From Eubacteriales bacterium (GTDB lineage: Bacteria; Bacillota; Clostridia; Oscillospirales; CAG-272): a DNA stretch of 47,361 nucleotides. Below the pieces are notes generated by a model that worked only from the letters and a program-made list of their open reading frames with translations, did no database searches and was not told the DNA's origin. This document shows, piece after piece, positions 1-9,976 of the stretch. The DNA lies in the NCBI GenBank assembly GCA_045605745.1, contig JAZUQN010000158.1, positions 1 to 47,361 of the forward strand. The letters are read 5' to 3'. A program made the position numbers and the translations under genes. Positions within the stretch are counted from its first letter, which is position 1; every line of letters begins with the position of its first letter.

Positions 1-13
1 ATGCCGCATGGCA

Positions 14-194
14 GTACCTTTGGCGTGACCCAAAGGTACCAAAAGTCACTTAGAGGGAAACTACTTTTCCCTCTAAGGATTCCCTTCCTTTATGTAGCCA
101 ACGCTCCTCTGAAAATGCAATTCTGCATTTTCTAAGGGAGCTGTGCATCACCCTACTCCTCCTTATTGCGCCATGGACGACCGGCGCAATAAGG
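14..194. repeat. array of four perfect stem-loops (14-23/30-39, 49-60/66-77, 111-119/124-132, 161-172/183-194)
   Basis: Inverted repeats read directly: GTACCTTTGG/CCAAAGGTAC, CTTAGAGGGAAA/TTTCCCTCTAAG, GAAAATGCA/TGCATTTTC, CCTTATTGCGCC/GGCGCAATAAGG. The region is non-coding and lies at the window edge. Confidence 0.6.
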
Positions 195-206
195 GTGCAA
201 CTTGCC

Positions 207-300
207 GCACACTGCTTTCGTTTGTGAAAAGCGATTGCTAAGCAGAATTTTCGCAGTGTGCTATTTTTTGTATAATTAAACTCCCCCACAAACTCCTGTT
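207..300 (-). repeat. intergenic repeat family, copy A (inverted orientation)
   Basis: The reverse complement starts AACAGGAGTTTGTGGGGGAG. It contains the arms GCACACTGC (207-215) and GCAGTGTGC (253-261), as in the copies at 13413, 19881 and 43553. Confidence 0.65.
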
Positions 301-404
301 TGATAAAAATTCGTCATTCCGCTATTGAACATTTATCCATATTGTGTTATAATGGGTTGTTAAAACCGTTTGCGGAGGATCTTCTCTTGAATTATAACAG
401 AACT

Positions 405-878
405 ATGACGGCAACAACATATGTTGTCGACCTTAAACAGAAAAAATTGCTGCTTCATATGCACAAAAAATTTTCACAGCTCTACCCTCTCGGAGGACAT
501 ATAGAAGCGGACGAATTGCCGCACGAAGCGGCTCTGCGTGAAGTTTTTGAAGAATCCGGGCTTGCACTCTCGCTGTGTGATGAAAAGGGAAACGCTCTCG
601 ACATATCCGACAGCTTTGTGCTCCCCGCACCCATGTTTTTGCTACACGAAAACAAAAACAAGCCAATTCAGAACCTTGATTTTGTTTATGCGGCCATCTT
701 CCCTGAGGATAAAGACCCTCATGAAGATCTTAAACCGCTTTCCGGTGAAAGTAAAAGCTTTTTCTGGGTAAACAAAGAGGAAATTCACATGGGAAAGGCA
801 ATGCGTAACGGCGAGGAATATTTAATTCCCGGACATATAAAAAGAATCGCGCAGATCGTTGCCGACAAGCTCCTTTGA
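405..878 (+). CDS. NUDIX hydrolase
   Basis: Nudix box GGHIEADELPHEAALREVFEESGL. The ORF-track start at 300 is TTG; I prefer the first in-frame ATG at 405 (MTATTYV). Confidence 0.8.
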   Translation: MTATTYVVDLKQKKLLLHMHKKFSQLYPLGGHIEADELPHEAALREVFEESGLALSLCDEKGNALDISDSFVLPAPMFLLHENKNKPIQNLDFVYAAIFPEDKDPHEDLKPLSGESKSFFWVNKEEIHMGKAMRNGEEYLIPGHIKRIAQIVADKLL

Positions 879-904
879 TACGAGAGATTTGAGGTACAAT
901 TATT

Positions 905-2293
905 ATGCTTAAAAAGTTTTTCGGAGATAGAACCTTTTATAAAAAGGTGTCCGCCATTGCACTGCCAATAATGATACAAAGCGGAATCACAAATTTCGTG
1001 AGTATGCTTGACAACATAATGGTCGGCAGAATAGGGCCTGATGAGATGACAGGAGTTGCCATTGTTAATCAGCTTTTGTTTGTATTCAACCTCTGCGTTT
1101 TCGGCGGTTTTTCGGGAATAGGTATTTTCACAGCCCAATTCTTTGGCAAAGGCGATATGAAAGGGGTCAGAGACAGCCTCCGCTTTAAAGCTTGGGTTGC
1201 GGTTGCGCTTTCTGCCATAGCCTATGGCGTGTTTATTCTTTTTGGTGAGCCGCTTGTGGGGGCTTTTCTGCACGAGAGCGAAAGCGGCGGAGACCTTGAA
1301 GCCATAATGAATTACGGCCTCCAATATATGAAGATCATGCTTATTGGCATTGCTCCCTTTGCCATAACTCAGATGTATTCGAGCACCTTAAGAGAAACAA
1401 ATAAAACACTGCCTCCTATGGTGTTCGGTATTATAGCGGTTTTTGTTAACCTCATTCTCAATTATCTGCTTATATTCGGAAATTTCGGATTTCCAAGACT
1501 TGGTGTTAAAGGTGCCGCCATCGCAACCGTTATATCAAGATATGTTGAAATGGTAACAATAATTGTTTGGACTCACGCTAACCGCCAAAAGAACCCATTT
1601 ATTGTTGGTGTATATCGCTCGCTGAAAGTACCGATAAACATGGCGATGGATATGTCTCTCAAGGGCTTACCCCTGCTTTTGAACGAAGCACTTTGGTCCC
1701 TTGGCGTTACAATGCTTTCCCAGCGTTTTTCAACAAGGGGCTCGGATGTTGTCAGCGCACTTAATATTTGCACAACTCTTTCAAATGTACTCAACATCGT
1801 CTTTATTTCTCTCGGAACGGCGATCTCCATTATCGTTGGAAACCTCCTTGGAGCAAACAAAATGGAAGAGGCAAGAGATACCGACACAAAGCTGCTTGCC
1901 TTTTCGGTTGTCTCCAGCATTTTTGTTGGCGGCCTTATGGCGACTCTTGCCCCTCTCTTTCCACAAATTTACAATGTCACAGATTCAATAAAAAAGCTTG
2001 CTACGTTTTTCATATTGATATCTGCCTGCTACACTCCTATGAATGCTTTTCTGAACGGCGCATATTTCACGCTTCGCTCCGGGGGGAAAACATGGGTAAC
2101 CTTTCTATTTGACAGCATTTATATTTGGGCAGTTAATGTTTTTCTCGCCTTTATTCTGACCAAATTTACCAGTCTTTCTATATACTACATCTACATCATC
2201 TGCTATGGTGTTGATATTATCAAGTGCACAACAGGCTTCCTTCTTGTTCGCAGCAACAGCTGGATGAACAACCTCGTGGGTGAGAAAAGCTGA
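905..2293 (+). CDS. MATE family efflux transporter
   Basis: 462 aa and roughly 12 predicted TM helices. The N-terminus KKVSAIALPIMIQSGITNFVSMLDNIMVGRIG is typical of MatE proteins. Confidence 0.85.
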   Translation: MLKKFFGDRTFYKKVSAIALPIMIQSGITNFVSMLDNIMVGRIGPDEMTGVAIVNQLLFVFNLCVFGGFSGIGIFTAQFFGKGDMKGVRDSLRFKAWVAVALSAIAYGVFILFGEPLVGAFLHESESGGDLEAIMNYGLQYMKIMLIGIAPFAITQMYSSTLRETNKTLPPMVFGIIAVFVNLILNYLLIFGNFGFPRLGVKGAAIATVISRYVEMVTIIVWTHANRQKNPFIVGVYRSLKVPINMAMDMSLKGLPLLLNEALWSLGVTMLSQRFSTRGSDVVSALNICTTLSNVLNIVFISLGTAISIIVGNLLGANKMEEARDTDTKLLAFSVVSSIFVGGLMATLAPLFPQIYNVTDSIKKLATFFILISACYTPMNAFLNGAYFTLRSGGKTWVTFLFDSIYIWAVNVFLAFILTKFTSLSIYYIYIICYGVDIIKCTTGFLLVRSNSWMNNLVGEKS

Positions 2294-2312
2294 CAGCTTT
2301 TTGGCATACTGT

Positions 2313-4979
2313 TCAATAAGAAATATGCTTTGAACCAAAGAGACGAAGTATCGCCTTTCTAAGAAAGTCTACGGGGAAAACCATTAAAGCAAGAACGAGC
2401 GTTGCTCTCAGCTCTATCCATGTAAGAGGAAGAGTTCTTAGTACGCTTCCCCCGAGATAGATAAAACCTATCTGAATGGCAGAAATAAGCAGCATTATAA
2501 TAATAAAGATCTTGTTTTTACCTATTCCCTTAAATAAATTGAGACTGTCTGTTCTTGCGCACAGGCAATTAAAGACGCTTGAAAAGATAAACAATGCAAA
2601 AAATGCCGTTAAAAGATACAGATCGTTTTCTTCATATCTGAAAATACGCACAATATTAGGTGTTTTAAGAAAAGCGAAGCAGAGAATTATTGTAAAAACT
2701 CCCATTGTGATTATTTCAAGAATCATATAGCGATTAAGTATAGCTTCATCTCGCCTTTTTGGCTTTTCAAGCATATATTCATCGGGTGCGTGCTCGCCGG
2801 CAAAGGCAATTCCGCCAAGAGTATCCATTATCACATTTATCCAAAGCATTTGAACAACGGTTACAGGCGAGTCAACTCCGATAAATGGGCCTATCATAGA
2901 AACACCAACAGCGCCAAGATTCATTGTTAGCTGAAGCGAAATGAACTTTCTTATGTTTTTAAATATTCCTCTGCCATAAAGAACGGCCTTGGTTATAGAG
3001 GAAAGATTGCTATCAATAATAATAATGTCCCCGGCTTCTTTTGCCACAAGCGTGCCATTTCCCATTGCAAACCCTATGTCTGCACGCCGCAAAGCCGGGG
3101 CATCGTTTATTCCATCCCCGGTCATTCCAACAACCATTTCTGCCTCTTGAGCAACCCTCACAAGTCGGCTTTTATCAGAGGGCAAAGCCCTTGCAACAAC
3201 CCCGATTCGTGGCAGAAGCTCTGCAAGCTTGGAATCGCAAAGCTTGTGGAGCTCTGCACTTGTTATACAAATATCAACACCGTCTTTAAGTATGCCGCTG
3301 TCCTCGGCTATGCTCCTTGCGGTTTCAAGGCCGTCTCCCGTAACCATAACGACCTGTATGCCTGCACGGCGCAGCTTTTCCACAGATATAGGCGCCTCAC
3401 GCCTGAGCTTATCCGAAAGGTGAACCGCACCAATAAGCCTTAAATTCATTCTTTCCCCGGGCATTGTATCGCTTTCCGCAATCAAAATTATCCTTCCACC
3501 GGCTTTTGCTCGCTCTGAAATGCTCTTCTCAAATTTAGTTGGATTAAAAGGAGCAATACTGCCATCCCCACGAAAGGATGAGGTGACATATGGCAACAGC
3601 TTTTCCGGTGCCCCCTTGATAAGTATCATCCTTTCTTTTCCCGAAATGCGGACAGCAGAAAGCTTTTTATCGCTGTCAAACGGAATACGCTCCTCAACAT
3701 TTACCCATGGAAATCTATCCACATAGGATGAAACGCTCTCAAAAAGTGCAATATCCGTCATATTGCCGCCAGTGGCGTGTCCGTCCTTTGAGAGAACAGA
3801 GGATGTATTATAAAGGCCCGATAGGGCAAACATATCCATTATCCTCATATCCTTTGTGCTTTGAATTGCGCTGCCATCTCCCAAAATATATTCCTTAACC
3901 TTCATTTTCCCCTCTGTAAGAGTGCCGGTTTTATCTGTGAAAAGTATATTCATACTGCCTGCCGCCTCAATACCTACAGGCTTGCGAACCAAGACCTTAT
4001 CGCGAACCATTTTTTTGATATTTGCAGATAGCACAACAGAAATCATAAGAGGAAGGCCCTCCGGCACAGCCACCACCAAAACCGTTAAGCCAAGAGTAAA
4101 GGCGTGGAGAAGCTGAGAAAGCAGATATCTTATATCCCCAAGCTTCATAAGTATCAATGCAGGATGAAAGCTGCTGTCTATCACAAAGGAATTAACAAGA
4201 TATGCAAGGGCAACAAGCACTGCGGCAATATATCCCAGCCTGCTTATAGTTTTTGCAAGCCTTGAAAGGCGAACTCTGAGTGGGCTTTCTCTTGTTTGCT
4301 GTTTTATCTCCCCCGAAATTCCCCCAAGAAATGTTGCATCCCCAACCATAAGTGCCTTAGCTTCACATCTTCCGGATATCACATTACAGCCGCCGATAAG
4401 CGAGTATGGCTGAGACGGATCGGGAGGCAGATCTTCACGATTCCTGCCGCCACCGGGTTCTTTCTTAACCTCTCTGCTCTCCCCCGTCATCATAGATTGA
4501 TCAACTCCCACCTCACCGGATATAACGGCGCAATCGCAGGGTATCTTATCCCCGGCAGAGAGAAGAACAATATCACCAACAACAATTTCCGAAGACGGTA
4601 TCTCATGGACTGCTCCCTCTCTTATCACCCTGCTACGCAGATTTTCGCTTTCTTCCTCCAAACGGCGAAATGCCGCCTCACTGCTATATTCGGAGAATGT
4701 TGAAATAAAGGTTGCAAGAAACACAGAAATGCCTATTCCGATAGTTTCATATATATCCCCACCGCGAATGAGAAACAATATATTAAGAAGCAGAGCAAAT
4801 AAAAGTATCTTTATAACAGGATCTCCCAAATTGGAGAAAAACTGCGCCGCAAACGACTTCTTTTTTTGAGGAGTGAGCTTGTTCTCGCCATATTCTTTCC
4901 GGCTTTTTATAACCTCCTCATATGTAAGGCCCTTTCTAACATCGTTTCTTTCCTTTGCTTTTACCCTTTCAATAACCAT
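2313..4979 (-). CDS. P-type (P2) calcium-translocating ATPase
   Basis: Motifs TGES (actuator), DKTGTLT (phospho-Asp), PEGLP in M4, and TGDGINDAPAL (hinge). 888 aa with N- and C-terminal TM bundles. Confidence 0.9.
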   Translation of the reverse strand: MVIERVKAKERNDVRKGLTYEEVIKSRKEYGENKLTPQKKKSFAAQFFSNLGDPVIKILLFALLLNILFLIRGGDIYETIGIGISVFLATFISTFSEYSSEAAFRRLEEESENLRSRVIREGAVHEIPSSEIVVGDIVLLSAGDKIPCDCAVISGEVGVDQSMMTGESREVKKEPGGGRNREDLPPDPSQPYSLIGGCNVISGRCEAKALMVGDATFLGGISGEIKQQTRESPLRVRLSRLAKTISRLGYIAAVLVALAYLVNSFVIDSSFHPALILMKLGDIRYLLSQLLHAFTLGLTVLVVAVPEGLPLMISVVLSANIKKMVRDKVLVRKPVGIEAAGSMNILFTDKTGTLTEGKMKVKEYILGDGSAIQSTKDMRIMDMFALSGLYNTSSVLSKDGHATGGNMTDIALFESVSSYVDRFPWVNVEERIPFDSDKKLSAVRISGKERMILIKGAPEKLLPYVTSSFRGDGSIAPFNPTKFEKSISERAKAGGRIILIAESDTMPGERMNLRLIGAVHLSDKLRREAPISVEKLRRAGIQVVMVTGDGLETARSIAEDSGILKDGVDICITSAELHKLCDSKLAELLPRIGVVARALPSDKSRLVRVAQEAEMVVGMTGDGINDAPALRRADIGFAMGNGTLVAKEAGDIIIIDSNLSSITKAVLYGRGIFKNIRKFISLQLTMNLGAVGVSMIGPFIGVDSPVTVVQMLWINVIMDTLGGIAFAGEHAPDEYMLEKPKRRDEAILNRYMILEIITMGVFTIILCFAFLKTPNIVRIFRYEENDLYLLTAFFALFIFSSVFNCLCARTDSLNLFKGIGKNKIFIIIMLLISAIQIGFIYLGGSVLRTLPLTWIELRATLVLALMVFPVDFLRKAILRLFGSKHISY

Positions 4980-5054
4980 ATAGCCCCTCCACCTCAGAGT
5001 TTCGTAAATAATACTATATCATATGAAAAAGCAATGCAAAAAATCACGCTATCC

Positions 5055-5083
5055 TTGACACTTCTGCTTTGTTGTGATAAAAT
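5055..5083 (+). promoter_or_regulatory. SigA-type promoter for the Sel1/MIF/birA genes
   Basis: TTGACA (5055-5060), 17-nt spacer, TGaTAAAAT extended -10 (5078-5083). Confidence 0.5.
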
Positions 5084-5132
5084 ATTATGCAGAAATGACG
5101 CCATAATACTCCGAAAGGATTAATATATTTAG

Positions 5133-5861
5133 ATGAATAAGTTAATTTCCGCAAATGCATTATATGCAAAGGGTGAATACGAAAAGGCCGCCGACCTTTA
5201 CCTTGAGCTTGCATATGAAGGCGATCTTGATGCAATGTTCAATATGGGTTATATGCATCAATTCGGCATAGGAGCCAAGCTTGATACAGCAAAGGCTGCC
5301 GATTTTTATGCCGTTGCAGTTTATCTTGAGGGGGGAGATGCAGCCTATAATCTTGCCGTTATGACAATGAACGGCATTGGCGTTAAAAGAGACATTGCCA
5401 AAGCTGTGAGATATATGGAGATAAGCGCAAACAACGGTTGCCCCGAGGCTCAGCTATATCTGGCAACGGCCTGTTCTATCGGATATGTGGGCAATCCAAC
5501 TGTAAGCAATATTTGCAGAATACCCTTTCACAGAGCTGAAAGCAGATACAACTATGCATCTCTCGGCGGCTATATAAATGACGAAGAAAGAGAAATAATA
5601 GAAGAAGAGCGTTGCAGAGCAATAACAGAAAGCCAGATTGATGCCTATCGTTGGCTTTCAATTGTTGCAACTAACAAGGACGAAAATGATGTTTACGCCG
5701 AAACCATACGGGATGCAAAATATCTGTTTGGTCTTTACAACATCGAGGGCGTGGGTTGCCCAATAAACAAAAAGCTGGGGCAGCATTTTATAAAAGAGGC
5801 TGCGCTTGAGGGGTCAAAGGAAGCAAAGCAATTTCTTTTGTCAGAAGAGAAAAATAAATAA
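5133..5861 (+). CDS. Sel1-like (TPR-family) repeat protein
   Basis: Repeated A-x-x-Y/W-...-G-x-G-V/A units, for example MFNMGYMHQFGIGAKLDTAKAADFY and YNLAVMTMNGIGVKRDIAKAVRYM. Confidence 0.7.
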   Translation: MNKLISANALYAKGEYEKAADLYLELAYEGDLDAMFNMGYMHQFGIGAKLDTAKAADFYAVAVYLEGGDAAYNLAVMTMNGIGVKRDIAKAVRYMEISANNGCPEAQLYLATACSIGYVGNPTVSNICRIPFHRAESRYNYASLGGYINDEEREIIEEERCRAITESQIDAYRWLSIVATNKDENDVYAETIRDAKYLFGLYNIEGVGCPINKKLGQHFIKEAALEGSKEAKQFLLSEEKNK

Positions 5862-5874
5862 GGAGAAAAAAACA

Positions 5875-6219
5875 ATGCCTTTTATTAACACCATAACAAC
5901 AAAGAAAATATCCGATGATGAGAGACGCATCATAAAGGCTGAGCTTGGCAGAATAATTGCCGAAATTCCGGGAAAGAGCGAGGAATGGCTGATGCTTGCA
6001 TTTAATGATGATGCTAAAATGTATTTTCGCGGTGATGACAGCAGTGACACAGCATATGTTGAGGTCAGCATTTTCGGCAGTGCTTCCGAGAGTGCTTATG
6101 ATACTCTAACGAGGAGGATCTGCACTCTTTATGAAGAAAAGCTGGGAATAAGAGCCGACCGCATATATGTAAAATATGAAGAATGCAGTCATTGGGGCTG
6201 GAACAAAATGAACTTTTGA
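5875..6219 (+). CDS. MIF / phenylpyruvate tautomerase-like protein (tautomerase superfamily)
   Basis: 114 aa starting MPFINT, so Pro1 follows Met. The C-terminus IRADRIYVKYEECSHWGWNKMNF parallels the MIF sequence ISPDRVYINYYDM..VGWNNSTF. AGGAG RBS at 5861-5865. The ORF-track start at 5806 overlaps the upstream gene. Confidence 0.7.
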   Translation: MPFINTITTKKISDDERRIIKAELGRIIAEIPGKSEEWLMLAFNDDAKMYFRGDDSSDTAYVEVSIFGSASESAYDTLTRRICTLYEEKLGIRADRIYVKYEECSHWGWNKMNF

Positions 6220-6220
6220 T

Positions 6221-7048
6221 ATGATGAAGAAAAGAGCTTCAAATATTTCTCAGCTAAAAGACAGATTGATAGAGTTTGACACACTGCCATCCACAAACGA
6301 ATATTGCAAAAAGGAGCAGGTGAATGGCAAAATTGTTGTTGCAAAAAAGCAGACAAACGGACACGGACGCATGGGCAGGAGCTTTTTTTCAGAGGATGGC
6401 GGACTTTATGTTTCTTTCTGTTATGAGCTGAATGATGTTCTGCCCGAGCACCTTATCCCGATAACAGGAATGTGTGCGGTAGCCGTTATCAGAGCAATTG
6501 TCACTGTTTGCAAAATCAGTCCGTCAATTAAGTGGACAAACGATATTTTACTACAAAACAAAAAGATCTGCGGCATTCTTGCCGAAACAGTTTTTTCCAA
6601 TGATTCGAGTCCCGAAAAGCTCATAATCGGCATTGGAATAAACTTAAACCAAGCAAAGAAAAGCTTTGATGGAGAGCTTAAAAATATAGCTTCTTCCATT
6701 TATGCTTTAACCGGGAAAAGAACAGATAAAAAAGAGCTTTTAAAGGTGCTTGCCTCTGAGGTGGATAAGGCTGCCAAAATTGTCGTCAGTCCCCAAAGTG
6801 AATGCGATCTCAAAAATGAATATGTGAAGGAATACCGCAAAAATTGCATAACCCTTGGCAAAGAAATACACATTTTGAAGCAGTCATTGGCACCAGATGG
6901 CATAGACCCGAAAGTTGCCTTCTCACAAAACAAGGAGCTTTTCCCCACAGCAATTGCGGTCGATATTGATGAAAATTTTGGACTCATAGTCCAAAATCCG
7001 GATAAAACTTTTGAAACAATAGTTTCGGGAGAGGTTAGCGTGAGATGA
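6221..7048 (+). CDS. birA: biotin--[acetyl-CoA-carboxylase] ligase, class I (no N-terminal HTH)
   Basis: GRMGRSFFS (the GRGRxGRxW-type biotin loop), KWTNDILLQNKKICGILAE, and STN near the N-terminus. There is no room for a repressor HTH domain. Confidence 0.85.
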   Translation: MMKKRASNISQLKDRLIEFDTLPSTNEYCKKEQVNGKIVVAKKQTNGHGRMGRSFFSEDGGLYVSFCYELNDVLPEHLIPITGMCAVAVIRAIVTVCKISPSIKWTNDILLQNKKICGILAETVFSNDSSPEKLIIGIGINLNQAKKSFDGELKNIASSIYALTGKRTDKKELLKVLASEVDKAAKIVVSPQSECDLKNEYVKEYRKNCITLGKEIHILKQSLAPDGIDPKVAFSQNKELFPTAIAVDIDENFGLIVQNPDKTFETIVSGEVSVR

Positions 7049-7094
7049 ATAGGTTGTATTAAATCGGTTTTTAACCTGGCTTGGCTATACACAT

Positions 7095-7128
7095 AAAAAA
7101 GAGGCAGATTCAGAATCTGCCTCTTTTT
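7095..7128. terminator. bidirectional intrinsic terminator between birA and cotH-like gene
   Basis: AAAAAAGAGGCAGATTC-a-GAATCTGCCTCTTTTT, with an A-tract and a T-tract flanking a 12-bp stem. Confidence 0.8.
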
Positions 7129-7142
7129 AGCAATTTTATAAA

Positions 7143-8630
7143 TCACTGACCTGAAAAATAGTTGTCAAGCCAAAGATATCTATCCGAAAGCCATTTATAA
7201 AGATGCTTTGAATGTTGGCGATAATTCGCAAGTAAAACAACAACATCCGGCTCTTGATTGATACGGGATCCGAAAATATCCCATCTTTCAAAATTTCGGT
7301 CTATTGCGTTTTTCATTGAGCTTGCGGTATTCTCTGCCACAGAGGAAAGCTCCTTAAAAATCGGCTTTGTCTCCTCCCAGCGAGAAAAAACTTTGTCCTT
7401 AAACCACTGTTGCTTCATAAGGGCAATAAACCACTTGTTTTCCTGCTTTAAGCCAAGTCCGGCACCGTCTGCAACATAAATTCCCTCATGATCACCGCTA
7501 AAAAGTCTGCGGTCATTTCCTGCGGCAAGGTCAAGATCCCAAACAGGACCGAAATAGAGCTTTCCGCCATTCGGCTTTTTATACAAAAAGAATGAAGACC
7601 ATCCAACATCTATATTCAGCATAAATTCCTGAATAAGATACATATCAACTGCAGAATCAAGGTCAACAAGCTCCTCTATCTTCGCCTTGCTTCCACCGTT
7701 TATCGCCCTGTGAACCTCTGAAATATACTCTTTTATGAATTCCATCTGCTCGGTGCCGGCATCACTTTTAACCGTATACATCTGTCCGCCGGCAGTGAAA
7801 TATGTAACACCCTCAAGAGCACCCTCATCGTCATCGGCATATTGGTCAAGCTCTATAAGATATCCTGTGTCAAGCTCATTTGGATCAACGTTAATGTCAA
7901 CACGAGCTTGATGCACCTCAACCTGCTCGCAGAGCAGATACACTCCTTTATATGAGCCGTTTATCATAACCTCAACAAAGCTGCCGGAGGAGGTATACTC
8001 TATTCCGTCGAGCTGTCTTCCGAGATAAAAAGCAAGATAATTGCGAAGCAAGGTTTGATCGCAATGATTTGCAAGCAATATCCAATCCTTCGCTTCTCCT
8101 CTGCCCTGTCCCAAAAGATTCGTCTTTTTGCCAAGCTTTAATCTATAGGATTTTTTCTCCATTTTCCATGTTGCATTACCTCTTCCGCGGAGATCACCCT
8201 CAAGCTCCTCAAAGCAATATTCCTCTTCTGCATTTGAAACAGAAAGCTTGATAGGTGTATATTCGGTTTTTGAGGTCACTTCATCTCCATTTTCCATAGT
8301 AAAAGAAAACAGAGGAAGCTCACTTTTCGGCATGGCAAACTCTGCAAAGATAACGGTGTCACTATCAAAGCTTTCCTTATCTCTCTTTGAGCTGGTAACA
8401 CCGTCACTCCATCCAATAAATTCAAATCCGTCATTTGGCACTGCCATAACCCACTTGGTCTTTTTCCCCTTCCCTAGAGTTTGCTCGGGATATCCCTTTA
8501 CAGACCCGAAATTTTCATTGGCAGAACAATACTGAACACTGACAGTGCTAATTCCTGCATCATTTTCGCCGCATGATATCAAAAGAAAAAGTACAAAGAC
8601 GATAAGACAGTAAAAAAGTCTTTTTTTCAT
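7143..8630 (-). CDS. CotH family protein, predicted lipoprotein
   Basis: Lipobox LLISCGEN after the signal peptide MKKRLFYCLIVFVLFLL. CotH-like motifs KKSYRLKL, LRNYLAFYLGRQL and GPVWDLDLAAGN. GGGAGAG RBS precedes the ATG at 8630, so the track start at 8663 is rejected. Confidence 0.75.
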   Translation of the reverse strand: MKKRLFYCLIVFVLFLLISCGENDAGISTVSVQYCSANENFGSVKGYPEQTLGKGKKTKWVMAVPNDGFEFIGWSDGVTSSKRDKESFDSDTVIFAEFAMPKSELPLFSFTMENGDEVTSKTEYTPIKLSVSNAEEEYCFEELEGDLRGRGNATWKMEKKSYRLKLGKKTNLLGQGRGEAKDWILLANHCDQTLLRNYLAFYLGRQLDGIEYTSSGSFVEVMINGSYKGVYLLCEQVEVHQARVDINVDPNELDTGYLIELDQYADDDEGALEGVTYFTAGGQMYTVKSDAGTEQMEFIKEYISEVHRAINGGSKAKIEELVDLDSAVDMYLIQEFMLNIDVGWSSFFLYKKPNGGKLYFGPVWDLDLAAGNDRRLFSGDHEGIYVADGAGLGLKQENKWFIALMKQQWFKDKVFSRWEETKPIFKELSSVAENTASSMKNAIDRNFERWDIFGSRINQEPDVVVLLANYRQHSKHLYKWLSDRYLWLDNYFSGQ

Positions 8631-8739
8631 ATAAAATCTCTCCCTTCCCGGAGAATTCCACATACATTATATCATCAGCAAAAGAATATGTCAATTTTAT
8701 TTTCAAAAGTCATAAAAAAAACAAAAATTAAACAAACTA

Positions 8740-8767
8740 TTGACACAAAAAAATGTTATATTATAAT
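8740..8767 (+). promoter_or_regulatory. SigA-type promoter of ABC operon
   Basis: TTGACA (8740-8745), 16-nt spacer, TATAAT (8762-8767). Confidence 0.5.
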
Positions 8768-8807
8768 AGTATTGGTATGTAATGTTAAATGATATGGAGG
8801 GATTTTT

Positions 8808-9962
8808 TTGATCGAAGTAAAAAATCTTGTTAAACGATATGGAAATCACACCGCAGTAAACGGCATCAGCTTCACGGTTGAGCCGGGTAAAATCTACGGT
8901 CTTCTTGGTCCAAACGGTGCCGGCAAATCCACAACAATGAATATCATAACCGGCTGTCTTGCCGCAAGTGACGGAACTGTAACAGTTAACGGTCACGATA
9001 TTTTTGAAGATCCAAAAGCAGCCAAAAAATGCATCGGATATCTGCCCGAAATTCCACCGCTTTATATGGATATGACACCGGAGGAATATCTCACATTTGT
9101 TGCAGAGGCAAAAAATGTTAAAAGCGGATATGTGCGCCACGATGTAAATGAGGTCATGGAAACAACCGGCCTTATCGAGATGAAGGATCGCCTTATACGC
9201 AACCTTTCAAAGGGCTATAAGCAAAGAGTTGGAATTGCACAGGCAATGCTCGGCTCCCCGGATATTATAATTCTTGATGAGCCCACAGTTGGCCTTGACC
9301 CAAAACAGATACTTGAAATCCGTGAGCTGATAAGAAAGCTGGGAGAAACAAAAACCGTTATTCTTTCAAGTCACATCCTTGCCGAGATCAGCGCAGTTTG
9401 CGAAAGGGTTATGATAATCTCTCACGGCAATCTTATTGCCAATGATACCTTGGAACACCTTGAAGAGCTCGCCAATCTTTCGGATAAGCTAAAGATAGGT
9501 GTGCGCGGCGACAAAGAAACCATAACTGCAAAGCTAAGGCAGATAGACGGTGTTCTTGACTTTAGCGAGGCTTCGCTTGGCGACGGAGTTATTGATATAA
9601 ATATAGATCTTTGTAAAGACAAGGATATCAGAGACGATATCTTTTTTGCAATGGCTGGCATAAAATGCCCAATTATTTATATGAATTATGAGAAAACAAC
9701 CCTCGAAAACATATTCCTTGCACTGACAGATGATGATATAGCTCCCGATGAAAACGGAACACTCCCATCGGTTGAAGATATCCTTAGCGGCAAGGCAAAA
9801 GCTGAAAAACAGGCTTCCTTTGAAAGCATGAGCGACTCAGAGCTTGAAGCACTTGCCGGCACAGAAGATGACGAGGAGATTGACTCCGAAGAAGAGGACA
9901 AAAATAACGATAATAACAAGGATGCCGACGGTGGCTACAAACCATTGTTTGGCGGAAATTAA
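8808..9962 (+). CDS. ABC transporter ATP-binding protein (ABC-2/GldA-like) with acidic C-terminal tail
   Basis: Walker A GPNGAGKST, signature LSKGYKQR, Walker B IIILDEPT. TTG start with a GGAGG RBS. The last ~80 aa are a D/E/S-rich low-complexity stretch. Confidence 0.9.
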   Translation: MIEVKNLVKRYGNHTAVNGISFTVEPGKIYGLLGPNGAGKSTTMNIITGCLAASDGTVTVNGHDIFEDPKAAKKCIGYLPEIPPLYMDMTPEEYLTFVAEAKNVKSGYVRHDVNEVMETTGLIEMKDRLIRNLSKGYKQRVGIAQAMLGSPDIIILDEPTVGLDPKQILEIRELIRKLGETKTVILSSHILAEISAVCERVMIISHGNLIANDTLEHLEELANLSDKLKIGVRGDKETITAKLRQIDGVLDFSEASLGDGVIDINIDLCKDKDIRDDIFFAMAGIKCPIIYMNYEKTTLENIFLALTDDDIAPDENGTLPSVEDILSGKAKAEKQASFESMSDSELEALAGTEDDEEIDSEEEDKNNDNNKDADGGYKPLFGGN

Positions 9963-9976
9963 GGAGGAAAAAGGAA

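Noticed and set aside
50-289. 79-aa minus-strand ORF at the left edge.
   Set aside because: It spans the hairpin array and repeat copy A. The equivalent frames in the other repeat copies (for example 43512-43697) are not conserved at protein level, so this is non-coding repeat sequence.
300-404. N-terminal extensions suggested by the ORF track (300, 5806, 8663, 10824, 12320, 28628, 35606).
   Set aside because: The extended starts are non-ATG or lack an RBS, and they overlap upstream genes or a T-box terminator. Internal ATGs preceded by AGGAG-type RBSs give N-termini typical of the families.
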